This document shows, one piece after another, positions 26,445 through 36,786 of a stretch of DNA of 64,000 nucleotides. This DNA comes from Nitrosopumilaceae archaeon. Lineage in GTDB: Archaea; Thermoproteota; Nitrososphaeria; Nitrososphaerales; Nitrosopumilaceae. Below the pieces are notes generated by a model that did no database searches, was not told the origin of the DNA, and was given only the letters and a program-made list of their open reading frames with translations. The position numbers and the translations under genes are program-made. Position 1 is the stretch's first letter. Each line of letters opens with the position of its first letter. The stretch spans positions 1,024,001 through 1,088,000 of the forward strand of contig OZ242376.1 of NCBI GenBank assembly GCA_965209085.1, read 5' to 3'.

Positions 26445-27415
26445 CCAAGGCCAGCCTTTTTTATCATCTCGAAATCTTTTTTCGGAGTATTTCCCCCGGT
26501 TGTAAGATATCCTGCAGTTATGATACCGTTTGCACCTCCTCGCAACAAAGATGCCCCATCATCATCAAACGCTTTTTCCCTTCCGCCTGAGATCTTTATT
26601 ATTGAATGCGGCAGTAAAAATCGCAGTACTGCAAACATGCGTGCGGATTCTGTAGCACCAAGTGGCGTTTGAAACTGCAACGGGGTTCCTGGCATTGGAA
26701 CAAGTATGTTTACTGTTATCTCTTCGGGGCGGATTTTTGCAAGATCCAACGCAAGCTCGAGCCGCTGTTTGCGGCTCTCGCCCATTCCGATTATCCCGCC
26801 GGTGCACAATTCCAATCCGGCATTGCGCGCTATGTGCAAAGTTTCCAACCTGTCATCATATGTGTGCGTTGTACATATTTTTGGAAACATGGATCTGCTA
26901 GTTTCCAAATTGTGGTTGTAGCGGCGCACCCCCAGACTGTGCAGCATTTTGGCCTGATCTTTTTTTAAAAATCCAAGGCTGCATTCAACGGATATTCCAA
27001 CTTCACGTACGATGCGGCGTATTATGCTGCAGACTTGTTTAAAATCATCAGCTGAAGGCTCCCTCCACGCTGCCACAAGACAGTATGATTCAGAACCTTG
27101 TTCCTTTGCATCATGTGCCCTGCGCATAATCTCGTCTGCCGGCGGCAAATCATATGTGTCAATTCCCGTGTTGTAAAATGCAGATTGGCCGCAAAACGTA
27201 CAGTCTTCACTGCACATATTTTTTTTAATGTTGTGCAGCTGTTCAACATCAACGCCGGTTCCGTTTATCTCCCTGGTAATCTCATCTGCAGTTGAGGCCA
27301 AAAGTGAAATATATTCATCATCAACATCCATTAAAAATTGCGCCTGTTGGGCACTCAGACCTTTGTCCGATATGGCATCGGATTTGCATTGCTGCACCAT
27401 ATTTTGTACGCTCAA
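26441..27415 (-). CDS. bioB: Biotin synthase
   Basis: CSEDCTFCGQS, YNHNLETS, CTGGIIGMGE, GYLTTGG. Confidence 0.93.
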   Translation of the reverse strand: MSVQNMVQQCKSDAISDKGLSAQQAQFLMDVDDEYISLLASTADEITREINGTGVDVEQLHNIKKNMCSEDCTFCGQSAFYNTGIDTYDLPPADEIMRRAHDAKEQGSESYCLVAAWREPSADDFKQVCSIIRRIVREVGISVECSLGFLKKDQAKMLHSLGVRRYNHNLETSRSMFPKICTTHTYDDRLETLHIARNAGLELCTGGIIGMGESRKQRLELALDLAKIRPEEITVNILVPMPGTPLQFQTPLGATESARMFAVLRFLLPHSIIKISGGREKAFDDDGASLLRGGANGIITAGYLTTGGNTPKKDFEMIKKAGLG

Positions 27416-27583
27416 CGCTTCAATTCGAATGTATGCTCTAAATAAAAATAACTGTGAATGGCTCTGTAAACTTGTGTGATCATATTTTGATTACATAACG
27501 ATCTCTGAACTATATAGGTAATGAGATTATTTATTATATATGTGGTGATGGAGGAGGTCCATAATTGTTGGGGCTTTATTGAT

Positions 27584-27663
27584 TAGACCGCATGCATAAT
27601 CATTAAAATCAGTCATTTTTATTCGTAAAAATTGTGAATTTGGCCTATTATGCATGAAGTCTA
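27584..27663. mobile_element. 80-bp MITE-like element, copy 1
   Basis: 17-bp imperfect inverted ends TAGACCGCATGCATAAT / ATTATGCATGAAGTCTA; 33-bp core identical to 36734-36766. Confidence 0.65.
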
Positions 27664-28048
27664 TTGTGATAAAGTGTAAAGTTTAGGGGCTTTTTTCAGA
27701 TATTTGCCTACAATCTAAAAATACAATCAAATTATATTTTATGTCTTCATATGACGTCATCTTTATTTGATGATGCCCTGTATGATCTTTTCCCATATTA
27801 AGAGCATGAAAGTTTGAAGAATTGCCGAATGGTAATTTTTCACAATTAGCAGTTTTCATAAAATCCTCTATGCTATCATGTCTAATAATATTATTAATGT
27901 AAGTATCAACTTTCCATCTATAAAATTGATCTAATTTATGACGACTGGTAAGAAAATTAGGATACTATACCGCAGATCATAAATTCGTTTAAATTCTGAA
28001 TGATGTTCATAAATGATTCATGTTTTTTACATCTATAACTTCGTCATA

Positions 28049-28246
28049 TTATGATATTATTGATGGTTTTTTTAAACGAATTAATGCTTTGGGGTATAGA
28101 CTATGTTCTTTGTCATAATTGTATGCCTCATACATATACTCACCAATATCTGTATAAAATTCCAATTTTGATTGATGTTCCAACCACTCGTTAAATTTGC
28201 CAGCAGCTAACGTATCTTCTTGATCCCATGTTGGTTCCGTACTCAT
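28049..28246 (-). CDS. Small hypothetical protein in an AT-rich island
   Basis: 65-aa ATG ORF with protein-like composition. Confidence 0.4.
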   Translation of the reverse strand: MSTEPTWDQEDTLAAGKFNEWLEHQSKLEFYTDIGEYMYEAYNYDKEHSLYPKALIRLKKPSIIS

Positions 28247-28492
28247 ACATGTATTATTCCATTTGTTAATTTAAGGATTGCATCTTGCACTCAAACCTGC
28301 AGTATCCCAAGTTCCCCCGCTTTACATCATATTTATCCCCTACCTACGCGTCAATAACATTTTCGTCCGGTTCGGGCATCTTTCATGCAAATGCATGTAT
28401 TGGTAAGGCGGACATGCCGTATGTTTGATACGGTCAGCAGATGGTGTTATCTATTCAGCATTCTCAGAGGTTTGTGCCATCATCTTGCATGT

Positions 28493-30616
28493 TTAAGGCA
28501 CGATAAACTGGATACCGTTTTTGGACAACTCTGTCATTACAAGATATGTTCCAGGTTTTAGAACTCCAAGTGATTTTTCCCAAATTGTCGTAAATTTACC
28601 CGATTGCACCGTTGCATTAAACTCATCACCAAGGGGTTCGCCATCTATTGTAGATATGACAAAGTGTATGATATCAAGATTGGGTATGTTTTTTCCGCGT
28701 ATCTCAAGTGTGTTATTATCTCGTACTGTAACTGTAATTTGTGCGCCAGATTCCATCGCTTCGATGACTTTGAATTCGGCAACGCCCACATTTGTAGCGC
28801 CGCTCTGAGCCTTTAGAGTCCATGTTCCAAACGTCGCATCGGTTGGAATTCTAAATGTGTCATCGGATATTTTTCCATTTATAGAGCTGTCCCCGCTAAA
28901 CACCTGCTTGGTTTTTATCACTGTTCCGTCAGGATCCAAAAGAGACAGATCCAAGAGAACCGGCGTGTTTGTTTCAATGTTACCTAGTACGAGTATGTCA
29001 GAACCGGGAATATATTCGGATTTTGTTGTTTTTACCGTAACAAGTCCTGTCCCGTATCCAATGTTGACTCCAAATATAGCCTCTTTTTCGATGTTTCCTT
29101 TTGTCACTATCATCGTGTATACTCCCGTGGTATAATCACCCAAATCTAGCAGATGGTTTAATCTGCCATTGGATCCAATTGTTCTCGATTCTTCAGGTTT
29201 GTTCCTATTGTCACTATCTAACACTATGATGGTGACTTTACCCGGATTGCCTTCTATTATCACGTTTACGGATTCAGATGATCTATAGTTTATTTTGTCA
29301 AGATGCAGCTCTATGCCTTTTGTTGGAAGCTCCCCCAACCCTCCAAATACGATTGCCCTCTCAGAGTTTTGAGAAATGTGCAGTGTGTACGTACCTTCCA
29401 AATCAGAGTGCTTTGTAGGAAATTCTATGCGCACGTTTCCTTCCAAATCAGGCTCTATTATCTCAGAGTATACCTCACTGCCCCTTGGATCAGTTATCGT
29501 CACATCTATTGCATGTCCGGGAAGAACTTTTCCAGTGAACGTCATGACATCGCCTGGTTCAAATTGTAGCAGTGTAGAAGAAATGTCAATTATCCGCGTA
29601 TCATCAACTGTAAACAATCGCGATTCTGTCGTACGGCCGTTTGTAGCCTGTATCGTATAAGAGCCGGCAGTCATGACAGATGGTACAAGAACATTGTGCT
29701 TCCAGTTTCCAGAGACGCTTGTTTCAATTATCTTTGATTCCAACGTAACTAGGTCAGGTCCAAATACGGTTATGACAATGTACGAGTTTTGCAGTGCGGT
29801 TCCATGAAACTCTGCAATTTCAGAAGTCTTAACATCCACAGGTCCTAAGATCATGATGCTCTCTATGGCATTTGGTGTAATCTTTGTCTTTGCGGTACCA
29901 AGCCGTATGCTAAGATCCTTGCGGTTGTCCTGCGAATCCAACAGGACAAAGTTGGTTCTATCAGCACCAATGTTTTCAGGTATGCGTGCAGTCTCCAATA
30001 TTTTGCCATTCTCTGATGCAGTATACGTACCCACAAGCTGCGATTCAATGTAAAAATCAACACTCTCGCCTGGAGATATTCCATCAGCTACTATTCTAAT
30101 GCTGGCCCCCACATTTGGCCTCTCTGGCACTATGCGAAATGACGTGGAATCTGCAATTGCGCCCCTTTGCGGTATGGGGTTATCAGGAGTGGGGGGTGTT
30201 GGCTCGGCAGGTTTATCGGCAATTATGATGCCAGAGCCTACGACATTGCCGTTTGTGTCAAATGCGTTCCAGTTTATCTGAAAATCATCAGAATCTACAG
30301 TCATGCCAAACTGTGCAGACGCTCCAGATTCCAGCGGAACCGGTGCTACAAACGTAAGAATTCCAGCAGGGTTTAATGACGCAGTCCAGTCGTTGCCAGT
30401 TTTGTATGATCTAAAATCGCCAGGATCCAACCAAACAGAGAACGTCTGTATAGTTGTACCAGGGGAATTTTTTACAGTCAGTATGGCACTTTTTCCCACC
30501 AAATCGCCTGTAACCTGCACCTGTGCAAACGATTCTACAAAGACGGACGGGGCTGCAAATAAAATGATTGTAATTACCAGTGCCAATCCGAACGTCTGTT
30601 TTGACATATAGATCAC
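28493..30616 (-). CDS. Secreted multi-Ig-like-domain hypothetical protein
   Basis: Signal peptide MSKQTFGLALVITIILFAAPSVFVESFAQ, Pro-rich linker, repeated beta-sandwich signatures (DP.G...GTYT). Confidence 0.75.
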   Translation of the reverse strand: MIYMSKQTFGLALVITIILFAAPSVFVESFAQVQVTGDLVGKSAILTVKNSPGTTIQTFSVWLDPGDFRSYKTGNDWTASLNPAGILTFVAPVPLESGASAQFGMTVDSDDFQINWNAFDTNGNVVGSGIIIADKPAEPTPPTPDNPIPQRGAIADSTSFRIVPERPNVGASIRIVADGISPGESVDFYIESQLVGTYTASENGKILETARIPENIGADRTNFVLLDSQDNRKDLSIRLGTAKTKITPNAIESIMILGPVDVKTSEIAEFHGTALQNSYIVITVFGPDLVTLESKIIETSVSGNWKHNVLVPSVMTAGSYTIQATNGRTTESRLFTVDDTRIIDISSTLLQFEPGDVMTFTGKVLPGHAIDVTITDPRGSEVYSEIIEPDLEGNVRIEFPTKHSDLEGTYTLHISQNSERAIVFGGLGELPTKGIELHLDKINYRSSESVNVIIEGNPGKVTIIVLDSDNRNKPEESRTIGSNGRLNHLLDLGDYTTGVYTMIVTKGNIEKEAIFGVNIGYGTGLVTVKTTKSEYIPGSDILVLGNIETNTPVLLDLSLLDPDGTVIKTKQVFSGDSSINGKISDDTFRIPTDATFGTWTLKAQSGATNVGVAEFKVIEAMESGAQITVTVRDNNTLEIRGKNIPNLDIIHFVISTIDGEPLGDEFNATVQSGKFTTIWEKSLGVLKPGTYLVMTELSKNGIQFIVP

Positions 30617-32706
30617 ATTTTTGCCTTTTGTATCCTATCTATATCAGACTTTGCAGTTATATTTTGATACTGCCGGATTCTCTCTGCAATAAGCCTGTAC
30701 AGTGAACGCAGATTATCTTTTGTACGGTCTGTAAGAAATCCGGCCTCATCTAGTGCTATTTTGCCACAGATATACCGTGTAATTTCTTCGTTGTCAAATA
30801 ATCCCCAGTTATCCTCGCGCTTGTCCTCCCACATGCCCCGCAGACTGTCCAAAATTCCAACCTCGGATCTTGCCTGCACCTCACCTGCTTGTATGTCCAC
30901 GTATCCTTCACGGCGCAGTTTTATCTCGTATGTCTGATTTACTGCATGAAGGTAATCGTCGGGAATCAGGTAATCCTCAATTGATTGGACAGGTTTGCCG
31001 TCTCTTTCATAAAATATAATCTGAGAGCTGTTAAAGCCGTTTGCTGTAAGTTGTGCGGATATCTGTTTTGATTCCTCGCTGTTATCAAGCAGTACAAACG
31101 TCCTATAATCATGCTTTTTGTAAAATATCGCCAAAGGTAGCACCGAGTTTTTCGTGTATGCTGGAATCACGTTCAAAGGATTCATGGAAATGTTTGGATC
31201 CTGAAGATATCTGTCAAACGCGTTCAGATACAAACTATCCGACATTGTCTCAACTATGATTACAGGTCTGGAGTTTATGCCGTTTTCACGATCAACTATG
31301 GAGCTTACTATGCCGCGCGCGAGACCGTAGAGTATCGGCGTCAGTGTTGCATCATCAGCATTCCAATAGTCGTAAAATATGTGGCTTAGGTGTTTTTTCT
31401 TGTCAAGTTCCACCACTAGCAGATTGCCGGGGGTATAATCAAATATCATGAATGGTGAATGCGTTGCATACAAAACCTGATTAGAGCCGGCAAGTGATTT
31501 TAAAAGATCAGATATTCCCATCTGTTGTGTCGGGTGCAGGTTGCGCGCCGGCTCATCAAGTAGCAGTATGGCCTCTTTTAGTTCGGCCCTTTGTGTCTCG
31601 GCTGCAAAGTTTACTATGAATGAAAACGTCCACTTGAACCCTTCAGCGCGCCTGTTTAAGAGACCCGTGTTTGTAACGGTTCCATCATGGTGAACATCAG
31701 ATATTACCACGCTCATTATGTTACCTGGCTGGTAGGTGAGGCTCACGTGTATCGGGTCCCCTTTCCATGCCGGATTTAAGCGCGATGTGAGTCTGTTGCT
31801 TGCAGTGTTTAGGAATTTTATGAGTCGGGACGGACTATCGTGTAAACTTTCCATTTTTTCCACGTCCAATTCTGCAAGATAAAACAAATTACGGACAGTT
31901 TCAGCTTTGTCAAATTCCTCCACATATTCAAGTTCGTTATACACCTTGCCTTTGGAGTTTTTTACGTATTCGTTTAGATTTATGTTTCCATAGATTTTTT
32001 TATAATCGGAAAAGTATACGAATCTTGGATGCAGGTTTAGTGCGACAAAATTTTCCAGTGCTTTTTTGTCAGTCTTGCCTGAAAGCAAATTTTTGAATTG
32101 GTTTGTCGGATCTGCATAAATTTTTTCCCATTCTTGCAGTATCATCGGTTCCTGTGATGCGTTTACATGAAACGTGTTGCTAAATTCTGACATTCCGGTA
32201 TCAAATTCCTCCTGCGTTTCTGGAGGAGTTTTTTTGAAGAATCCGGTGTCAAGCTGTATGCGTATGTGGTTTGGCAGCGTGTCAAGAAAACCCAGTATTT
32301 TTTCAGTAAAGTTATCCCATGAATTTATCTCCTCGTTTGCATCATCGCTTACATCAAGTCCGCCAAAATCGTACACGGGATCCTCGCGCTTGTTTGTTCG
32401 CATTATTGTTACCCGTCCCACATCAGGCAGGTTTGGAAATTTATCTTTTATCAGGGAAATTTCTTTATTTGTAAGCTCAAATTCCCCCTCCACTATATTC
32501 ATCTCTGATTTTAATTCCTCATCCATCTCATCGCACAGATCCAAATCCGAGAGGGTTTCGGTCCGATTCAACAGCATCAAAGCCTGCAATATGGTGGTCT
32601 TGCCGCTTTCGTTTCGCCCCACAAATGCGGCCAGATCCCCCACGGTTATCTCTCCAGAATCGTGTATGCACCGATAGGCGCGTACACGGAATTTACGCAG
32701 TCTCAA
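30613..32706 (-). CDS. OLD-family-like ABC ATPase with probable TOPRIM domain
   Basis: MRLRKFRVRAYRCI, GRNESGKTT, LLLDEP, YATHSP, IIVE..SD, LLDN. Confidence 0.75.
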   Translation of the reverse strand: MRLRKFRVRAYRCIHDSGEITVGDLAAFVGRNESGKTTILQALMLLNRTETLSDLDLCDEMDEELKSEMNIVEGEFELTNKEISLIKDKFPNLPDVGRVTIMRTNKREDPVYDFGGLDVSDDANEEINSWDNFTEKILGFLDTLPNHIRIQLDTGFFKKTPPETQEEFDTGMSEFSNTFHVNASQEPMILQEWEKIYADPTNQFKNLLSGKTDKKALENFVALNLHPRFVYFSDYKKIYGNINLNEYVKNSKGKVYNELEYVEEFDKAETVRNLFYLAELDVEKMESLHDSPSRLIKFLNTASNRLTSRLNPAWKGDPIHVSLTYQPGNIMSVVISDVHHDGTVTNTGLLNRRAEGFKWTFSFIVNFAAETQRAELKEAILLLDEPARNLHPTQQMGISDLLKSLAGSNQVLYATHSPFMIFDYTPGNLLVVELDKKKHLSHIFYDYWNADDATLTPILYGLARGIVSSIVDRENGINSRPVIIVETMSDSLYLNAFDRYLQDPNISMNPLNVIPAYTKNSVLPLAIFYKKHDYRTFVLLDNSEESKQISAQLTANGFNSSQIIFYERDGKPVQSIEDYLIPDDYLHAVNQTYEIKLRREGYVDIQAGEVQARSEVGILDSLRGMWEDKREDNWGLFDNEEITRYICGKIALDEAGFLTDRTKDNLRSLYRLIAERIRQYQNITAKSDIDRIQKAKM

Positions 32707-32843
32707 TAAGCATAAATCCGATCAATAGAATTTAACACATACGGCAAAAAAAAATCTGACAAAATGGCGATAAATGATGCAGAATTATGCCATGATCAAT
32801 ATCTGGCAAAATAGATATATGCTAAAACGACTAGGCGTATATT

Positions 32844-33287
32844 GTGGCTAGAAATGCAGTTTATGCAGTATTCTTACTCCCGCTCGTTGCAGGCATAGTG
32901 TTTGGGGCGGTAGTCTTTGCCCAAGCCACAGAGGAAGGATATTTTTTGGCAGAATCATCTCTTGAACGCAGTGATGGTTCGATTCAGATAAGAGGACTAT
33001 CAAATACGTACTCGCTATCAAACCCAATAGAGATCAGTATCGCCGTTTTGGACAAATCGTACGAATGCGGGGATTTGTACATAACCATACAGGATTCTGC
33101 AGGAAAAACAGTATCCCAAAACGGGTATTTTAAAGAGTGTTTTTCCAACAGCGAGGCAAATCTTCCCACCACTGAGACATATTCTGAAAAGATAGACCAA
33201 AAGGGCAAATACACCATGGAGGCAAAAATGTATGATCGCGATCGCGTAAATTCCATCCATGTAAAAGAAACATTTTACATAAGATAG
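32844..33287 (+). CDS. Secreted/membrane-anchored hypothetical protein
   Basis: Hydrophobic N-terminus followed by a beta-rich domain. Confidence 0.65.
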   Translation: MARNAVYAVFLLPLVAGIVFGAVVFAQATEEGYFLAESSLERSDGSIQIRGLSNTYSLSNPIEISIAVLDKSYECGDLYITIQDSAGKTVSQNGYFKECFSNSEANLPTTETYSEKIDQKGKYTMEAKMYDRDRVNSIHVKETFYIR

Positions 33288-33353
33288 GTGAACGATATAT
33301 AATGACGCATATACGGGCAATCGTGTGAACAAAATGAGAGAGAGGCTGTATTT

Positions 33354-34364
33354 ATGATGGACGTAATAGAAGAGATTATCAAATTTAGAAAGGATTTAGA
33401 GGATGCAAAAAAAGACGTCAAAGGTATAAACGACAAGAGTAAAAAATCCGCACCGGTGAAAAAAACAAAACCGGTCAAAGGCGCATCCACAAAGGCTGTA
33501 CCAAAAAAGAAACCCCAGATAGTGGAAAAAACAAAACCTATCCCCAAGGCTGCAAAATCGGCACCAAAAAAACAGCCAGTACCTGCAAAGAAGACAAAAG
33601 ATGAACACAAAGCAAAGCCGGCACCAAAAAAACAGCCAGTACCTGCAAAGAAGACAAAAGATGAACACAAAGCAAAGCCTGCTTTGAAAAAACAGCTAGT
33701 ACCTGCAAAGAAAACAAAGCCGACACCAAAAAAACAGCCAGTACCTGCAAAGAAGACAAAACCGGATTTGAAGCAAACTCCCAAAATAAAAAAAACCCCA
33801 GATAAAAAACAGACAGATGGTAAAAAAACTGCAAAGTCACAGGATGTGCCTACAAAGGGTGGAAAATCATCTTTGAAAAAATCAAAAGCTGATGAAAAGA
33901 GTAAACCTGAACCAGAAGAGGAAAAAGATCAGACTCTTGAAGAGCAGATAGAAAAAGAAATGAGCGAAGATGAGATCAAAAATCTTGATATTGAAAAAGC
34001 AAACATGGAGAAAATCACCTACAAGGTCTGTGAATTGCTTGCAACTTTTGCATCAAACACCATGCATCAGAATCAAATTTGGAAAAAAATGAGAATAAAT
34101 GCCAGGGACGGTGCAAGACTTGCTCTAAGACTTGAGAGACGCGGAATAATCAGCAGGGAAAAGATTCTTGACAAAGGGAGATGGACGTACAATCTTACCC
34201 TGGTAAAATCCCCCATCAGTACTGAATCAATAATCAAGGCTCCGTGTCTTACATGCAAGGTTGAACAAAAATGCACGTTAGATGGTGAAGTTAGTCCTAG
34301 AACGTGTCAGTGGATAAACGACTGGGTTTTGATAAAAACTACAGGATCAAAGTCTAAAAAATGA
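33354..34364 (+). CDS. TFE-beta/RPC34-like transcription factor (winged helix + Cys4 Fe-S domain) with a long Lys/Pro-rich N-terminal extension
   Basis: HQNQIWKKM...GARLALRLERRGIISREK (wHTH), then APCLTCKVEQKCTLDGEVSPRTCQWINDW, matching the RPC34/TFE-beta C-terminal pattern. Confidence 0.75.
   Translation: MMDVIEEIIKFRKDLEDAKKDVKGINDKSKKSAPVKKTKPVKGASTKAVPKKKPQIVEKTKPIPKAAKSAPKKQPVPAKKTKDEHKAKPAPKKQPVPAKKTKDEHKAKPALKKQLVPAKKTKPTPKKQPVPAKKTKPDLKQTPKIKKTPDKKQTDGKKTAKSQDVPTKGGKSSLKKSKADEKSKPEPEEEKDQTLEEQIEKEMSEDEIKNLDIEKANMEKITYKVCELLATFASNTMHQNQIWKKMRINARDGARLALRLERRGIISREKILDKGRWTYNLTLVKSPISTESIIKAPCLTCKVEQKCTLDGEVSPRTCQWINDWVLIKTTGSKSKK
33561..33762 (+). repeat. 60-bp coding tandem repeat (APKKQPVPAKKTKDEHKAKP) x2 plus degenerate copies
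   Basis: Visible directly in lines 33541-33780. Confidence 0.9.
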
Positions 34365-34954
34365 GACCGCATGAGGCAAAACGTGATTTTTTCCGACGTC
34401 TTGCAAAAGAACAGGGATTTAGAAGCCGCGCAGCATACAAATTAAAACAGCTAAACAAGGCATATCGCATAATAGGTCCGGGTTTTGTGGTGCTTGATTT
34501 GGGTTGCGCACCTGGAGGCTGGCTTCAGGTAGCCGTAAAAGCTGCTGGAAACCGCGGCAAAGTGGTTGGCGTTGATGTATCATACGTAGAAGAGGTGCAC
34601 GGTGCTGAAATTTTGCGCTCAGATATAGAGGATGATGGGATACACGATGAGATTGCAAAAGTTATCAGAAGCAAAGTTAATGCTGTAGTATGTGATCTCT
34701 CGCCGCAAGTAATAGGCAGCTGGTCATTGGATCATGCAAGACAGATATCGTTGAATTATAGTGCCGCTGTGATAATGGAGAGGATCATAGCGCAAAAAGG
34801 CAACGCCGTATTCAAAGTCTTTGATGGCCCACATGCGTCCGAATTTGGTGCGTATGTGTCAAAAAAATTTGCAAAGATGAAACTTACAAAACCAATGGCT
34901 AGCAGAAAATCTAGCAGTGAAGTGTACGCCGTGTGTCTTGGATACCACGGTTAG
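34361..34954 (+). CDS. rlmE: 23S rRNA Um2552 2'-O-methyltransferase (FtsJ/RrmJ)
   Basis: FRSRAAYKL, LDLGCAPGGWLQ, CDLSP, KPMASRKSSSEVY. Confidence 0.92.
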   Translation: MRPHEAKRDFFRRLAKEQGFRSRAAYKLKQLNKAYRIIGPGFVVLDLGCAPGGWLQVAVKAAGNRGKVVGVDVSYVEEVHGAEILRSDIEDDGIHDEIAKVIRSKVNAVVCDLSPQVIGSWSLDHARQISLNYSAAVIMERIIAQKGNAVFKVFDGPHASEFGAYVSKKFAKMKLTKPMASRKSSSEVYAVCLGYHG

Positions 34955-36081
34955 AGCATACATTTTGTTATCTGCTCAAATGTGGCGTTTGTTCTAAATC
35001 CGGTGGGATCAAACGAGGTGGGGCTTGCCGCATATCCGGAGCTTTGCAGCCGTTGTATTGCATCTGCAAGCTTTGGAGGTGCAGTTTTGCTTTTTTTTGC
35101 AACCCCATCAAGCGTGTAATAACTTGGAGGTAGTGCAGATTCTGCAGATGATTTTGCAAGGATTTTTGCACAAGTCTTATCCACCGGTAGGTTTTCAGAT
35201 TCGGCAATCATCTGGTTTGTAAATTTTTCATCAAAGAGCCGTCCAATCCAAACAGGGCCAGCTGTTGCCGTATTTTTTTCACAGTAAGGACATGAAAAAT
35301 TTGCACAGTCTGCAATACCCCTATTGCCGCAGTGCGTACAGGAATACACGTATCCGGTTCCTGCCGAACCCGGATGGTTTTTCACTTTTACATATATCCG
35401 GTAATAATGCTGATCACAGTGTACAAAAAGCGGTTCAAATGAACGGTCTATGCGGGCGCACACATGGCCAAGACATCCAAGCATGAGCCGCACACCTATC
35501 TCCATGCCAAATTCGGCATGACGGATTGGCACTCCCCCGTATCTGCGTATGCATGCGGGGTTGAAGAGTCCCCGTAAAACCTGCAAGTCTGTTGCCGTGG
35601 CAGAGAGCATTCCCCCGTGGGCCACAGAGCGCAGCGCACAATCAAAATATTTTGCCGGAGAGCCAAACGGATCTACGTCCGCTGCCATTGCCCGCATTCC
35701 AGTCTCAGAGTGTGATGCCAAAAAACGGCATGCATCCTGGTTTGAGAATTTTGTTTTTTCAAGATTGTTTTTTCTAGAAGATTCCTTTGCCATTTGTATG
35801 GCGTTTGGATTTGCGTCGTTTAATATGACGTTTTCAAATCCATCCAGCTCGTTTGCCACGCGCAATCCCCGCGCTCCAAGGCCGCACAATGCGTCAAGAT
35901 ACGTCAGATCACCCCCATAGTCTTTTGCTAGTGCCGCATACGCCAAAAGTGACATGTCGCGGCTTATGCGCGCCCTAGGGTTGAAAAACGCCGGATTCCT
36001 CGGAGGTGTTTTAGATTCTGCGGATCCTTGTGGTATAAACAGATGTGTTTTGCCTTCTGTTACCAAGACTGTCTTGTTCAT
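34951..36081 (-). CDS. trm1: tRNA (guanine26-N2)-dimethyltransferase
   Basis: FFNPRARISRD, DALCGLGARGLR, DVDPFGSP, TATD, CxxC...CxxC, GFRTNA. Confidence 0.9.
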   Translation of the reverse strand: MNKTVLVTEGKTHLFIPQGSAESKTPPRNPAFFNPRARISRDMSLLAYAALAKDYGGDLTYLDALCGLGARGLRVANELDGFENVILNDANPNAIQMAKESSRKNNLEKTKFSNQDACRFLASHSETGMRAMAADVDPFGSPAKYFDCALRSVAHGGMLSATATDLQVLRGLFNPACIRRYGGVPIRHAEFGMEIGVRLMLGCLGHVCARIDRSFEPLFVHCDQHYYRIYVKVKNHPGSAGTGYVYSCTHCGNRGIADCANFSCPYCEKNTATAGPVWIGRLFDEKFTNQMIAESENLPVDKTCAKILAKSSAESALPPSYYTLDGVAKKSKTAPPKLADAIQRLQSSGYAASPTSFDPTGFRTNATFEQITKCML

Positions 36082-36703
36082 GTATAATTTCCCACATACG
36101 CTGTATAATTATTGTACGAGATCATTACCGACTGTGCAAATTTCACAACTGTATACTGGCAAATCTTGTGCCTGCCCAGTCTGAGAATGACAGACGAGTG
36201 CGGTGCTGTTCAATCTATGGATGTTAAAAATAGTGTTAAGGGTCTTGGGAAAACTCCATTTAGGAATTATCCAAACAGTCAATAAAATACAATTTTTGTG
36301 ATTCATAATCAGGCTTTACAAATATCTCACATCTGTCAAAATTAAACAAAAGATAGCCTTTACTCTTATGGGGGATGTTCACAATCAACATATGCATGAT
36401 GAGAGGTTAAATTTTCACAAGTGCTTATTTCCTTTTTAAATTGTAAAATGATATCTCGAAAAGGATCACTGATATATTCAAAATCACGATCCCATTCAGA
36501 TCATTTAGGTATAATCATTTTCCAAATCCACGCCAATACACAAATAAAAATAGATTATAATTAAAACTCTTTTTCTTGATCTTCAGTATGTGTCTTGAAT
36601 TTTTCTTCGGCTTTCTCAACTGCCTTGTAATGCCGTTCAGACCATTTGCGTTCCATAATATGATAAACCAAAGATGGTACGTATTATTGTTATCGGTAAA
36701 TAA

Positions 36704-36786
36704 TAGACCTTGTGGCATAATATCATCCAAATTAGTCATTTTTATTCGTAAAAATTGTGAATTTGGTTCATTATGCATGCGATCTA
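36704..36786. mobile_element. 83-bp MITE-like element, copy 2
   Basis: TAGACC...GCATAAT...ATTATGCATGCGATCTA; shares the core AGTCATTTTTATTCGTAAAAATTGTGAATTTGG with copy 1. Confidence 0.65.
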
